From Perkinsela sp. CCAP 1560/9 (Eukaryota; Protista; Euglenozoa: Kinetoplastea), in the NCBI GenBank assembly GCA_965644495.1, contig CBFFSA010000008.1, positions 558,001 through 622,000 on the forward strand: DNA of 64,000 nucleotides, given 5' to 3'. The notes beneath the pieces are model-generated. The model did not search any database. It was not told the DNA's origin and saw only the letters and a list, made by a program, of their open reading frames with translations. Positions within the stretch are counted from its first letter, which is position 1; each line of letters opens with the position of its first letter. Below, one piece after another: positions 10,482 through 21,721 of the stretch. Both the position numbers and the translations under genes were made by a program.

Positions 10482-12106
10482 TCAGATCCAGTAGACAATT
10501 AGCCATCGCGTGACCCCGCCAAGTTTGGGAGAAGTGACGGCTCGAATTTCATGAGAATGTGCAATGGATTTCACCACACTAGAACCTTTCGCAATTAGAA
10601 TCTCACATTGGTCTTCTATTTCCAGAGCTTGATTCAGTTCGGCAAACACATCGCGTGCCTTTAAAGATACTTTCGAGAGAGTTTGCAATGCTTCCTTGAG
10701 ATGAGCTATGGTGTCCCTGCGACCCCTCTTGTCAAGTTTTTCGCTGTTCACAGAACGATAAAAAGATTTAAAGTACGATTCAGCTTTTTGAGTCTCTTCG
10801 TCAAAGGCGCTTAATATATCTTCAAGAGCTTTTCCGAAATACTTCCCCTTCTTTGCCCCCACACGGTCCCCTGCATAGAAAATCCTGGAGAAGTATGTTC
10901 TTACTTTCATAATTTGCAGATTTGCGTAGTGCTGCATTGCATCTTTGGCCATATTATGAAACAAGTGTCCGAAGCATGGTAATAGCGCGACACGTGGACA
11001 GTGCTTCGTCACGCCAATTACAATGTTCTCTCGGTCCGTGCTTCCGATAGAGCTGAGGCGCGAGTAAAATTCTTCCTCTGCGGAAAGAAGAGAGTCACGA
11101 ATGCCTAACATAGTGGATTCTATTTCCTGCCTAGCCACATTATTTACTGGGGCTCCGTCTGCCATTATGAATCGCAACTTTAGGAGTCGGCTCTCGGAGA
11201 GGCATGACCGAAGTACTTCTATCAGGGATTGTGCCATCTCGCTACCGTTAAATGATTTGTGCTTAGGGTGGTAGATAGGTGGGAGAATAAAGTGGCGATC
11301 CACAACATACAAAATGGCGATAAGTACATGTTCGCTAAGAACCCTGTCAACTCCACCGTCGATGGCGAGGACAAAGAATTTAGCTCCATCTATGGTTCGT
11401 CGAATGTCTTCCCAGATCATGTCGGCAATTCGACGTTCACTGATATGAAATTCGCGAGGAGAAGGAAGGATCGATGCAGCTTCTGAAGGATGTATGTCGA
11501 GGGGAAATTCTTGAAATAAGTTCTTTACGCACTCGAGGAATCCTTCGGTAGAAAGATTGCTCTGAGCTGCGAAACATGGGAGAGCTTCGGAGATGTACTC
11601 CTCTAGCGACTTGGGATTTGCAACTTCACTGGAGTCTTCTATCCCCTGCTGCGCCTTCGAGCAGCACTCTTTCAAATGTTTATAACAAAAATTTCCCCCT
11701 TGCTATGGGTCACCCACCCACATACTTTACATCGAACATGCTGTGAGTGGCCCATAGCATCATTCCGGATGCCTGAGACGTTTTTCCGAGCCCACTCGAG
11801 GCACAATTTTCCAGAAGACTCAACGCCGAGATCGCATCGCTCGTACGTTAATTGCTGCTGTCGACGGAGGCTTCCACAAGCGAGTGGATCGTTCCCGCAG
11901 TTGCTTTTTCTCTTTCTCTGGAGAGCATTCTCCTCTTCAAGCGGAGAGAGGGACGCACTTAACGGTACTTGGGAAGGTGTCTCCTCTAACTGTGACGTAA
12001 TTGCGGATACTCTCTCGCGATGCTCCCGTGCTGACGGTCGCTTTCTTGTGTTTTCAGGGGTGGGGGTTGAAGGTGCGCTTTCCGAGTTCTTTGAACGTTG
12101 CGTCAT
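10482..12106 (-). pseudogene. hAT transposase, frameshifted (~11690) and C-terminally deleted
   Basis: BED-like CKVC..(frameshift)..HLKEC, first D (LAIDGG), second D (IMADGA), CxxH (PCFGH) and TRW. The region with the catalytic Glu is missing. Confidence 0.8.
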
Positions 12107-12778
12107 TTAAAACAGTGAGTGACAAGGTGATTAAAGGAAGTGATAAGGTGTAAACAAAAAGGCTGAGCAATACTTGTGTACCAGTCCTAAATGTCGCAAT
12201 AAAGACAAATCTTTCCATTCATATACAGGGAAAAACTACATTTCTATAGACACTTAATAAGATTATAGACACCTTCGAAAAGTAGTATCTCATAGTATAC
12301 ATAGTATTGTATACTATAGTATATACTAAAATACTAGTTAGACTATGACCCTGAGTGCTTCGCATCCACTCCTCAAAATTTAGGTCATGACTCTTTTTTC
12401 AAGTGCGTGAGGGCCGAGGAGTAGGAGACTCGAAAAAAAAGGGTTTCTTCGCGCCTGCTTCGCAGACTTGTCATTTGAAATTATGCATCACGAATTTTAA
12501 CAAAGTGTAAAGCAACAAACTCCGCCTGGCTTTCGTCGTTCCGTCGCATATTTGGTATTTCTGAGAAATAAAAAAAATAAAGTTTTATATACATGTACAG
12601 TATTTAAAATTTTATAGTACTATAAAAGTACTATAGTTTTTAAAGTTTTAGGGACCCCTGAAATAAATGACAAAAAATTACGAGTTTTTAAATGTTAGGG
12701 TGCATTTTTGCCGAAATACTGCCCGAATGTTTTCGTACACCACTCTCGCAACAACTTGCAGATTACAATTCAGAACGG

Positions 12779-13519
12779 TTAACCGTTTTGCGGGTAGAAC
12801 CTTACATTCGCAGGGATTGCTTTACTAACATTTGAAAACGAATTCGATGTTAGATCAAGGATTTGCATTCCTCTAGGAAGTGTCCATAAATCGATTGGGC
12901 CGTGCAATGCGTTGTTATTTAAATAAACGTATTGTAGTTCTGATGTGAATGTAGTCGTGTTTACCTGACCGAAAAATCGGTTGCGGCTTACATTAAGTAC
13001 ACGTAACTTAATAGCCCCTTGTGTGGGCTTAGGAAACGTAATTGGCCCAGAAAACTTATTGTAGCTTATGTCGCAGTGCAGCAGAGTTGAAGGTAAATCG
13101 GCAAGGGGAAAACATCCATGGAATTCGTTGTTTTTCAGATCAAGAAAGCGCAGATCAGCGGGCATTGCACACACAGATACTTCACCTTGAAATCTATTTT
13201 CGCTAAGATCAAGAAAAAGAAGAGTGTGTGGAAGGAATGACCAACTAAGGTTACCTGTTAGCATTCTTTTTGACCAGTTCACATCAGTCACGCGGAACGA
13301 AGCGTCACATTGTACGCCTTTCCATGAGCAAGCAGAAATAGCAGAACTCCAAGTAGAGTTGATCTTATTCAGGCCCTTAATAAAGCGCTCCAAGTTGTGT
13401 TCCGGCGGAAACACGCCGGAATGCACTTTACCCAAACGAAGCCTCGTATTGTGTTCCTGCTGGTCTGATGACGTCAATCCCAAACAAATGAAGGCTTTAG
13501 CGAGCTGTACACACACCAT
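12779..13519 (-). CDS. Leucine-rich repeat protein (plant-type LRR with CxWxGVxC N-cap), possible signal peptide
   Basis: ACSWKGVQC cap followed by LxxLDLSxNxFxG repeats. Hydrophobic N-terminus. Confidence 0.9.
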   Translation of the reverse strand: MVCVQLAKAFICLGLTSSDQQEHNTRLRLGKVHSGVFPPEHNLERFIKGLNKINSTWSSAISACSWKGVQCDASFRVTDVNWSKRMLTGNLSWSFLPHTLLFLDLSENRFQGEVSVCAMPADLRFLDLKNNEFHGCFPLADLPSTLLHCDISYNKFSGPITFPKPTQGAIKLRVLNVSRNRFFGQVNTTTFTSELQYVYLNNNALHGPIDLWTLPRGMQILDLTSNSFSNVSKAIPANVRFYPQNG

Positions 13520-14088
13520 AAATTTATTAACTGGTTAGGAAAAAATTCAATGAATCATAAATAAGGCTTCGAAAACTGAAGAGACTTTCGTGTTCGTGCA
13601 TAAAAGTAAACGGCGCGAAAATGTTTTTTTAATCAGCAAAGAAATTTACCGTATATCCCCCCGCCCGCCTAGTACTGGAAGCGTACGATAGTAATCCTGT
13701 GTCTGTATAGTCTATAGATACTGTAGGAATCCTTTTCTGGATTTTCCTTTTGCCTTTTTCTTGACCGGGGGATATCGCTTTACAATAAAGTGAAAATATG
13801 AATTTTTCGACTTCTCTATGGTGGGCGAAGGAAAATCGAATTTTTGTACACAATTTAAGGTCTCGGAACAAATCAAGGCAGCTCGAGTGAAAAAGACAGC
13901 GGATTCGGGACGATTGGGTCGAAAAAGGCGGTACGCGAAATTTTCCTAAATCGAACAAAGTATGCCTGCAGAGGGGTATAAAAAGCTGCCGAGGGGTGTG
14001 TACTGTATAATCCTCCCCTTAAAGGGTGACCGTAAATTTCATCTAAAAACTCAAATATGTGTACTAACAAGCCCGACGAATAATTTCT

Positions 14089-14994
14089 TTATTGCAAGCG
14101 GTTCCTCGTTCCTCTTTTATCTTTAGCTTGAAGGTCAGAAGTATTAAATGCAGTTTTGTTTTTTTCGGGGGATACCGAAAAAGGAGCGAATGAACGATGC
14201 ATTGCTGTGGTAACACGATTCTGTATAGTCTGGCCGTGCTGACTTGAATTCTCAACCGAGGATGCGTCTGGCTTCGAAAGAATTACGCTATTCCGAGAAT
14301 TCAAAGTACGTCGTTTGCCCCAAACTATGATGGAAAACCTTTCCGTAATCATTGCATTGTCCATCGGAACGCCATGAAGAAACGCGTCGTTCACTTTGCT
14401 TGAAAACGCGAAGCAGTCACCATTGCGCTGCGGAAACGAAAATTTCGAATTGGTATCTTCATGGAGAAAACTTAGCTTTCTAGTTGCGCCTAATGATATG
14501 CCTATCGTAAAGTCTTCTTTGACTTCCTTGGTCGCGCTACTGTAAGCATGACTGTCACGATGAAATGTTTTCCAATGTGTGCCATCCGGGTAATAATTCA
14601 ATCGCGATGCAAATCCATCTACATCAAAGTACTTCTTCATAATTGCCACAATGCTTTGAAATGTAGGAGAAAATGTGGGATCCTCATGCCTCATGTGACG
14701 GCTCCAATTAATCATGCCTGTGGACGTCTTTTCGGTATCAAGTGACTGTATTTGACTCGCATGCTCCAATAGCTCTTCCTTTAATGTACGAAAGATAGTG
14801 GTATCCCGTTCTAAGCAAATGAAATCTCGAAGGTAGACGCAGTTTCCCCCAAGCGTGTTAGAGACTGCGTCCTGTAAATCAGCATGAGCTTGCGAAAATT
14901 CGGATTTCTGAAGTTTTGCGATGTATTGTGATGCGAGATTTACCCTTTCTTTATGGAAATCAAAGGAAATAGGCATGAGGGCATGTACCATCAT
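14089..14994 (-). CDS. 2OG-Fe(II) dioxygenase, AlkB-like fold
   Basis: NYYPDG, HxD (HRD), ISLGATRKL, HGVP and RFSI motifs. Confidence 0.85.
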   Translation of the reverse strand: MMVHALMPISFDFHKERVNLASQYIAKLQKSEFSQAHADLQDAVSNTLGGNCVYLRDFICLERDTTIFRTLKEELLEHASQIQSLDTEKTSTGMINWSRHMRHEDPTFSPTFQSIVAIMKKYFDVDGFASRLNYYPDGTHWKTFHRDSHAYSSATKEVKEDFTIGISLGATRKLSFLHEDTNSKFSFPQRNGDCFAFSSKVNDAFLHGVPMDNAMITERFSIIVWGKRRTLNSRNSVILSKPDASSVENSSQHGQTIQNRVTTAMHRSFAPFSVSPEKNKTAFNTSDLQAKDKRGTRNRLQ

Positions 14995-15650
14995 TAATAG
15001 AAAATAGGAATGAAAAAGCCAAACTTGCGGTAAAAGCTCTACTATTGTATAGCAATCTTTCTTATACTTATCAACATCTGACTACGTCAATAGAGCCCGC
15101 CCTGCAAGTGAGCGAACATTCGAGGTGGGAGCCCGCGGCTCGCTACCTACCTCCTGTCGGACCCTTAATGTCCTCTTTGACGAGGACACAAATCTTGCAG
15201 AAAAATGTCGACAAAGTCTATTGCAGACCGGCCTTTGAGACAGTTTCATTATCTGGCAGAGTCGAGAATCTGCCGTTTGGACAGAAGCGCGTGCTTAGCG
15301 TCTGTGAAAGGCAGGCCTGGGGAGCGTCATATGCGCCCCCCAGACTTATCTACATATTCTCTGTCTTTTGAAGGCATGATAAACTAAAATTCCTCTACAA
15401 AGACTAATATGAATAAATAGAGGAAGTTTCCGTCCTCTGTTTCGACATCAGTTCTTACTGTTTCATCAGATCATGGCTGATATGTAAGGATTAAGACTAT
15501 AGATGCATCATAGCAATTAGTGAGAAGGATGAATTTTAAAAGCGGTAACACTCCAAAGCTTCGTAGAGAATGATGTCTTTTTTTCACACGGAATGATTAC
15601 CGTAGACACCCCAGTATGAGACCTCAAATTACGACAGATTTATCTCGGGA

Positions 15651-16105
15651 AGCTGGGTGGCTGGGGGGGGCTGAGGGGGCGCGGTGGCGGGGTGGCTGGA
15701 TGCGTCAAGGTGGCTGGGCGGGGGCATGGCTGAGCGCACACAACATTTGGCAAATATCGGTCAGCGCGCTAATACCAAAAGCAGCAAATACCGGTCAGCG
15801 CGCTAAAGCCTATTATGTCATGCAACTCACTTTGGCTTTCTTCTTTTACCAACAAAATTTTATATCCCCCCTAGGCCCACCGGATGCCTACCCCCTAACA
15901 CCACGGCGGTACCAATCTTGTACCGCGGCCTGAATGATCTGGGCATTGCCTTTCTGGATGGCCACCCCTATGGCCATCAACAGGTGAGAGAGGCACCCGT
16001 TTCTGTCAGAAGAGTGGGCCTTCGCCACCTTCCAGGGTCTGGGGGCCCGGAATCCCTTTAGGCATATCTCTTCGGGCATATCCCTTCGGGCATATCCCTT
16101 TAGGC
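15651..16105. repeat. G-rich GGCTG repeats, 23-bp direct repeat (GCAAATAYCGGTCAGCGCGCTAA x2) and 14-bp tandem (GGCATATCCCTTYR x3); probable subterminal region of the adjacent Merlin remnant
   Basis: Repeats are read directly. The link to the Merlin fragment is positional inference. Confidence 0.6.
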
Positions 16106-16139
16106 AGGGAAGGGGCGAATGGTGCAGGTATCCTGTTTC

Positions 16140-16601
16140 AAGAAGTTATGGATGCTTTTGAGACTCATTGGCGCAACACTCTTGGAGTCTCAATCTGTAC
16201 GCTTCAGGTGGATTGCGTAATCCGTGCAGTGCGAAGGTAAACTTGTTCTTGACTTTCATCAACACAAAGACATCTCTACAACCAGGCCAGCTATTGTTAC
16301 TTTTTGGGGACATCGCCAGTAGTCCTTGTGCTGGTCAAATTGACCGAGGCAGAGGACTACACCACAAAATCGTGTCCAAGTTCATACATGATTAGGAATA
16401 AATTTGGTTTGATGCAGGTTGATGAAATCTTCATCGAGAAAAGGAAATATCACCATGGAAAGCGATAGCGGCATATTGTAGTTCGTCGGCATGACTGAGA
16501 TAATCGGACGGGAAATCGGCCGCACCCGTTGGAAGTTGTTTTCCTGCAAAGATCCAGAAACACTTCACGCATTCATCGGTCCACATCTGTATAGTGCGCG
16601 T
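16140..16601 (+). pseudogene. Merlin/IS1595-family transposase fragment (copy 2)
   Basis: MQVDEIFIEKRKYHHGKR* at 16412 and FVGMTEIIGREIGRTRWKLFSCKDPETLHAFIGPHLYSAR are homologous to the 17797 ORF. The 5' boundary is approximate. Confidence 0.75.
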
Positions 16602-17268
16602 TAGACTCATGAAGGGTTGCCAGACGTGTTAGTTTCGGCTTTCGTGTCTTTCTTGTCCGCCTTCTTCTTCAAACGGCCTGCCTTGAGCAACCTCCTCGAC
16701 ATGAAGAATCCATAAATATCCTCGACGTAAAGAAAATCGGCTTGGGGGTACGTTGGTTGAATTCTCAACGAACGGGATTCCGATTTCTGAAGTCATAAGA
16801 ACTGCGGGGTGCGCTCAGAGAGAACTATGTCTGCCACTTCCGCAGGATTGTGTATTCGTTTTCCTGTACTGCGACACGTAGTTTACGTGGAGGCAAGGCC
16901 CAACTGTGAGCGAAGCCCACTTCTGGAAGCAAAAACCCCCTTTGCGAGCAAGGCCCTACTGTGAGCGTAGCCCTGGGACAGAATTATATTTTTGTGGCGA
17001 TCCGCGTGCTCCAGTGTGTGGGTTGCGCACTGAGAACCTGTGTCTGCCACTACCGCCGGATTATATTTTTTGACTATAGAATATCTCCACTTTTCCTTAC
17101 GATAAAATTACATTTCTTTTTGTATCCCTCTGCTTTTCTTCGTTTACCATGGAACTTCGTCTGCTATGAAAGAAGACTATAATGAACAAGACCGACACTC
17201 TCCTGAAATTAATGAGGCCGAGCGACTCATGATGGTGTTCCTTGAGGCGATTGATCGTGTCGTAGAAC

Positions 17269-19619
17269 GTGTTCTACATGAGACAGCATCGCACGAAAAT
17301 AATCCAGAACCTCATATTCAACCCGTTCTTCAAAACGGAGTTTGGCGAAATTTGCATGCCAGACGACTTTGCTCGCGGTGTGCCGGATTGTTTGCGTTCG
17401 GGGGTGGCGAATCATTGGCTGTGCTCCGCAAGGGGAGAATGCGGTAACCTGGATGAGATCACATAGCCTGTTTGAAGATGCCGTCTGTTACTTTCATGGG
17501 GCGGACTATCTCCGAGATATGCCAGGAAAGCCCGATATGATGGTTTGCGACCACCGTCTTCCGCATGAAACCTGAGTCGGGCCCGAGTTAGCAAATTCTC
17601 TCCATTCCTCTCCATACGAACATTATTGACACCTTCCATGCTCTTTCTTCTTTGGGCAGACGCCGCGAACCATTTATGTACTGGGCAGATTTTCCAGAAC
17701 CGTGGAGTGCAACGAATGGTAGCGCAGAAAATTAGCCCATCGCTTGGCAACTCAGCCTTGCATGAGGAGGAGACTTCGAACTACTAATTTGCCAGGATGC
17801 AGGTTGACAAGACGTTTATTGGGAAACGGAAGTACGATCGTGAGACGCGTCAGCGCGAAACAGGCTACTGGTTCGCAACAGATACTGAGCAAGAAGGAAG
17901 AATGATGGGTCTTACCCACTGTAAATTGGTAAAGACTCGGGATCGTGCGACATTGCAAGCTTGGATTCTGTCTCATTTGGCGAGCGCACGCACAGTAGTA
18001 GTGAGTGATGCTGGAAGGCTTATACTAACCTCGGTGAGTTCTGCCGACTTGGTTCATCATACGCTCATTGGCGCAGAGAGATCCCGGTGAAACTGAACCA
18101 AATTCCGCACTTTTTCTCATTTTTGCAAAATAATTTTTTTTACCAAAGATCTGTCTTTCTTTGATATTGTTTTCACACAAACATAAACTATTGAAGCGAA
18201 TGTCGTGCGAATTTAGTTATTTCTAAACTACTTATCGCTTATTTTAACAAGATGATGCCCTATTTATTGCCTATTTAATACCGTGCTCTGGAGATGTGGG
18301 TTCTTTTGTGGGTGCACCCTAACGATTACATTAATATCTTCGTGAAGTGAATCACAGTGCTCAAAGTGGCTTAAAGATCATCACTTAACCCCTCTAGAGG
18401 GGATACATGATCCCTCTAGAGGGGTACAGGGATGACTCTGGGTGGGCAGTACGTGGTCTGAGATCCTGTGGAACCCGTGGAAAATCGTTCGGTCGATACT
18501 CCCATCCTCAACATCATGGAATTGGAAATCGTACCAAGATGCGGACTAATGGAGCACGGCACAACTTTTCGCCCCAAGGCAAGTACAAGTGGGAGAGTGT
18601 TAGCCACAAACGGCAGTGGTCTACAACTCAAGAAACTCACACCACCACTGGAATCCGCTAATTCCATGGTTAAGCAGAGGTTCAACAGTGAACAGAATCC
18701 AAATCCTCGCAGAGAAATGCACAGGAATTTTGAAGCGAATTTTGAAGAGAATGAGGACAATGTATTGCTCTAATTATTGCTAAATTTGAAGGAGTAGTGT
18801 GCCATCTAAGCAAGAAAAAGGCTCAGAGTTGATGAAGGATGAAATTTTTCGTGAAAACGTTTTGGAGAAAGTGTGGAATTTGGTTCAGTTTAACCGATAT
18901 TCCCCTTAATACAATGGACGGTATCATCGGTACATGATCCGCCCATAACGGATGTCGCCAAAGGGGGTTCGACACGGACTCTGTCGGTAGAGAGGTCCAG
19001 GCAACTCGCCTCTCTTTACGCGGCCGGAGGGGCGCACTTCAACCAACCACTGCCTCGCGATAATGCAAGGCAGTCACGCCCAGTGGTTCTCAAGGGAGGC
19101 CACCATGGTGCGTAGCTCCCAGGAGAAAAAAACGCGAGAAGGAGAAAGCCAGGGAGGGAAGTAACCTTACTCGAGGAGTGAGTCGGGGAGCGGTGAAGAG
19201 TTGGAAGTACATCCCCTACTTCCACGACAAGAGGTACAGTCCCTGCTAGCCGTCAGCCGGGCTTTTAAAAAGAAAATGTATGCCCGTTTCCGGGAAAAGA
19301 AAGGAAGGGCTAGCAAAATGTACCAACAAGGTACAGAAATTGTATCTTTATCATTAACGTTTATGCTATGGATCACAGCAAGGAATTTTTCACCTATCAA
19401 GGGTACCACACCAATCATGCGGAGGGTGTGCACGGTACCTTAAAGGGGTGGGTGAAACGGCAACACTACAACTTCGGTTCGAAACCTATGGACTTACAGC
19501 GAAATGTCACCCTTCAGTATGTAAAGTTTGGAAACATACATCACGCTCGTGAACAGGCATGGCACCTCCGCATGCAAAACATTATTCTTTGCGTCAAAAA
19601 GCCACTACGGTGCATTTAA
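17269..19619 (+). pseudogene. Merlin transposase pseudogene split by an insert at ~18047-19358
   Basis: QVDKTFIGKRKYDR, RDRATL, VVSD.WKAY (frameshift) before the insert. DHSKEFF..GYHTNHAEG.HG.LK after it. The 5' boundary is approximate. Confidence 0.8.
18085..18896. mobile_element. Non-autonomous TIR element nested in the Merlin insert (superfamily unclear)
   Basis: ~29-bp inverted repeat CGGT(G/T)AAACTGAACCAAATTCC(G/A)CACTTT. The right side runs on to CCCC|TTAA. No matching TSD on the left. Confidence 0.6.
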
Positions 19620-19793
19620 TCGCGATTGGAATGGGGAAGATTTGAGTGAGAGTAGCGGGACCGATTCGGAATGAGAAATTTTTAATGGTTTCGGTTTAGT
19701 ACTCAACGAACTCCCGGATTTTCGTTGAGAACTCAAAGAACGTATCCCCAACCCAAATCGGCTATCAACTTCAACATAAAGAAAATCAACATA

Positions 19794-19858
19794 CTGTGCC
19801 CCCCCACTTATAGTGCCGCGGTTTTCGACCAAACGGCACCATAAGTGGGATGGGGTAG
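19794..19858. repeat. TA-flanked 65-bp hairpin; probable terminus of the pogo element or a mini-MITE
   Basis: CCCACTTATAGTGCCG ... CGGCACCATAAGTGGG, with TA at 19792-19793 and 19859-19860. Confidence 0.6.
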
Positions 19859-19891
19859 TATGTTTCAGGTCGAGTATCAAAATTTTCCCCC

Positions 19892-20873
19892 TCAAAAAAC
19901 TTGAATGAGATAAGTACAACCCCCAGGAATCCTGTGGAAGTCACAATTAGTGGGGATTCTATGAACCCGATGGGCTGTGTACTCATCCGCTACAAGAGCT
20001 GTCGCAGGTTGCGAACCTCCAAGTAAGGAAGATTGATCGTGCATGATCTCTTCAAATACTTGACGGTTCATCCAACCAGTCGAAGTTACGTACACCTTCA
20101 AAGCGTTGTCGAGCGTCCGAGCAACATGACGTCGAGCGTCTCGCAGTATGCGGGACTTTTCATCTTCTGCATTGGACTTGAGCAGTATCGTAGGAGGAAG
20201 GGGAAGAGCTTTTCTGTTGTGAACATCGTAAACACCGGAAAGAAAAACAGTTATACTTTCCTTGTCGTTTGTGGTTACGGCTTGCACGTTACGAAGCCCT
20301 ATGGGAGCCAATGTTACTCCCGTATTTTCACCATCAACGGGAAGAGACGTTTCATCCCCAAATATCACATACGCGTATGAACGGACTTGATTTTGTATGT
20401 AGAGCTGCCGTGCCCAAGCTCGTATTCGCGAGCCCACGTCGGAAGGACCCACGTAGTGGACACGTCCAAATCTTCGGTTTGTCCACCCGAAAAGACGCTT
20501 GAAGCGCTTGTATATGCGTTCCTTCGTCTCATCGGCAAAGCTTTGAAAAGCTGTATTCCGTATGTTTCCATAACGGAAAAGACGAATGCCTTCGTTACAA
20601 CATGTTTACCATTGACTTCTTGGAGCAATTTAAGGTGCACTTTCCTTAAAATTGCCTTCCGCTCTTTGTTAAGTCTCTCTGGCGCTTTCTTCACTTGAGA
20701 CCACGATTAGTACGTGATTGATAAAAAGAGGCACCGTTGCTTTTAATACTTCGGACAGTTCTTAAACTGATCCGATACTTTTCGCTCAGCCTTTTTGTGT
20801 CCAATTCGCTCAGACACACATTCAACTTCTCTTGCATAGTCAAACACACTCTAGAGGTCCTAGGTGTGCTCAT
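19892..20873 (-). pseudogene. pogo/Tigger-type (CENP-B-like HTH + DDE_1) transposase pseudogene
   Basis: LTMQEKLNV..LSEKYRISLRTVRSIK HTH, then GDETSL, KESITV, TGWMN..VF, ADEYTAH and IPGGCT.LIQ. Contains stop/frameshifts and is truncated before the third catalytic D. Confidence 0.85.
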
Positions 20874-21347
20874 CTCTAGAGGCTCATCTCTAGGACTCTA
20901 GAGGTCCTAGGTGTGCTCATCGGAAGAGAATCAAGTGTGTTGGGGGGAAGACGGCTGGCCACCGGGGGACCAATTCTCGGCGCTGGCGGAATCACCGTAA
21001 ACCAGCGTCCCAAAGGACCTGAAATCGCCGATCCACGAGTGTGCGCTTTGTCTAGCGTCTCGTTCTCGTTCGAATCGACAGTCATTGAAAGGATAAAGGG
21101 AACTATTAATAAAGTTTCAATGATTTCGATAAAAGAAAATATTAAAATTTTACGCTACATTTACTCTACCTTTTTGGTAAAAAAAATTCCCGTCTACTAT
21201 AAACCCAAAGGGGGCGGGCATACCTAAAACTTTAATAAAGCAAAATGTAGTTTTTTCGCGAGTTAAAATGACGAGGATTCGCCAGATCATGCGAGAACAT
21301 GTGAGATCTCTCCGGAGCGGATTTGGCACGCGAGGGTGGTTGGACGC

Positions 21348-21721
21348 GGGGAGAGTCAAGGAATATTGCATAAGTCAAGGAATATTGCATAAGCCGTAAA
21401 TTGCTTATTTTTGTTTCCTCATGCGCGAGCGTCGGGTGAATTGGTTTATTGAAGCTTGTGACGACTTTAATTGCATTGAATATTTCTCTTTAAACAATTT
21501 TGGAGAAATCAGTGCTGCCCTAGGGCTTCCCTGGCTCATCGGCCCGGCCGGCCCCTCGGTGCGTTCGGCCTCAAAACAACTTGTATTCCCCAAAACAACT
21601 ACCTTCCCCCCTCAACTCCGAGAACTCACCGGGAGCAGGACAGAAGTGCAAGGGCTTTAATTTCATTGGTCCTGACTTATGCAATATTCCTTGACTAATG
21701 CAATATTACTTTACTTTGGCC
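21348..21721. mobile_element. 374-bp non-autonomous element with 9-bp TSD (Mutator- or Merlin-type ends)
   Basis: GTTGGACGC at 21339-21347 and 21722-21730. GG..CC termini. ~46-bp imperfect TIRs, each built from two 19-bp AGTCAAGGAATATTGCATA-type units. Confidence 0.8.

Larger units (their letters stand above)
8787..12347 (-). mobile_element. hAT-like transposon family B, apparent 6-bp TSD (ACCCTG)
   Basis: 17-bp perfect TIR CATAGTCTAACTAGTAT plus subterminal inverted repeats. ACCCTG at 8781-8786 and 12348-12353. The empty site is visible at 28066-28090. Confidence 0.85.
8749..12660 (-). mobile_element. hAT family A, truncated copy (one TIR), disrupted by hAT family B
   Basis: 8749-8786 plus 12354-12660 match 28046-28313. 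Ends in TAAAGTTTTAGGGACCCCTG. Degenerate BED-finger coding remnant on the minus strand at ~12390-12550. Confidence 0.8.
16739..19754 (+). mobile_element. Merlin (IS1595-like) DNA transposon with nested insertions
   Basis: 34-bp imperfect TIRs GGCTTGGGGGTACGTTGGTTGAATTCTCAACGAA versus rc GGGTTGGGGATACGTTCTTTGAGTTCTCAACGAA. Flanked by AAATC. Internal 26-bp direct repeat at 16893-16973. Confidence 0.8.

Noticed and set aside
11676-11702. Programmed -1 frameshift joining the two hAT ORFs
   Set aside because: No X XXY YYZ heptamer in the correct frame. A 1-nt loss in a homopolymer of an already deleted element is simpler.
13641-14040. Possible TIR element between the LRR and AlkB-like genes
   Set aside because: Only a ~12-bp imperfect inverted match (GAAATTTAC..), with no TSD and no second copy in the window.
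18955-18985. tRNA-like GGTTCGA box
   Set aside because: No cloverleaf, A-box or acceptor stem.
19095-19160. Resemblance to the ingi/L1Tc 5' signature (GGCCACC..TGGTGC)
   Set aside because: Only a short partial match. The P1 stem and spacing of the HDV-like ribozyme could not be built.
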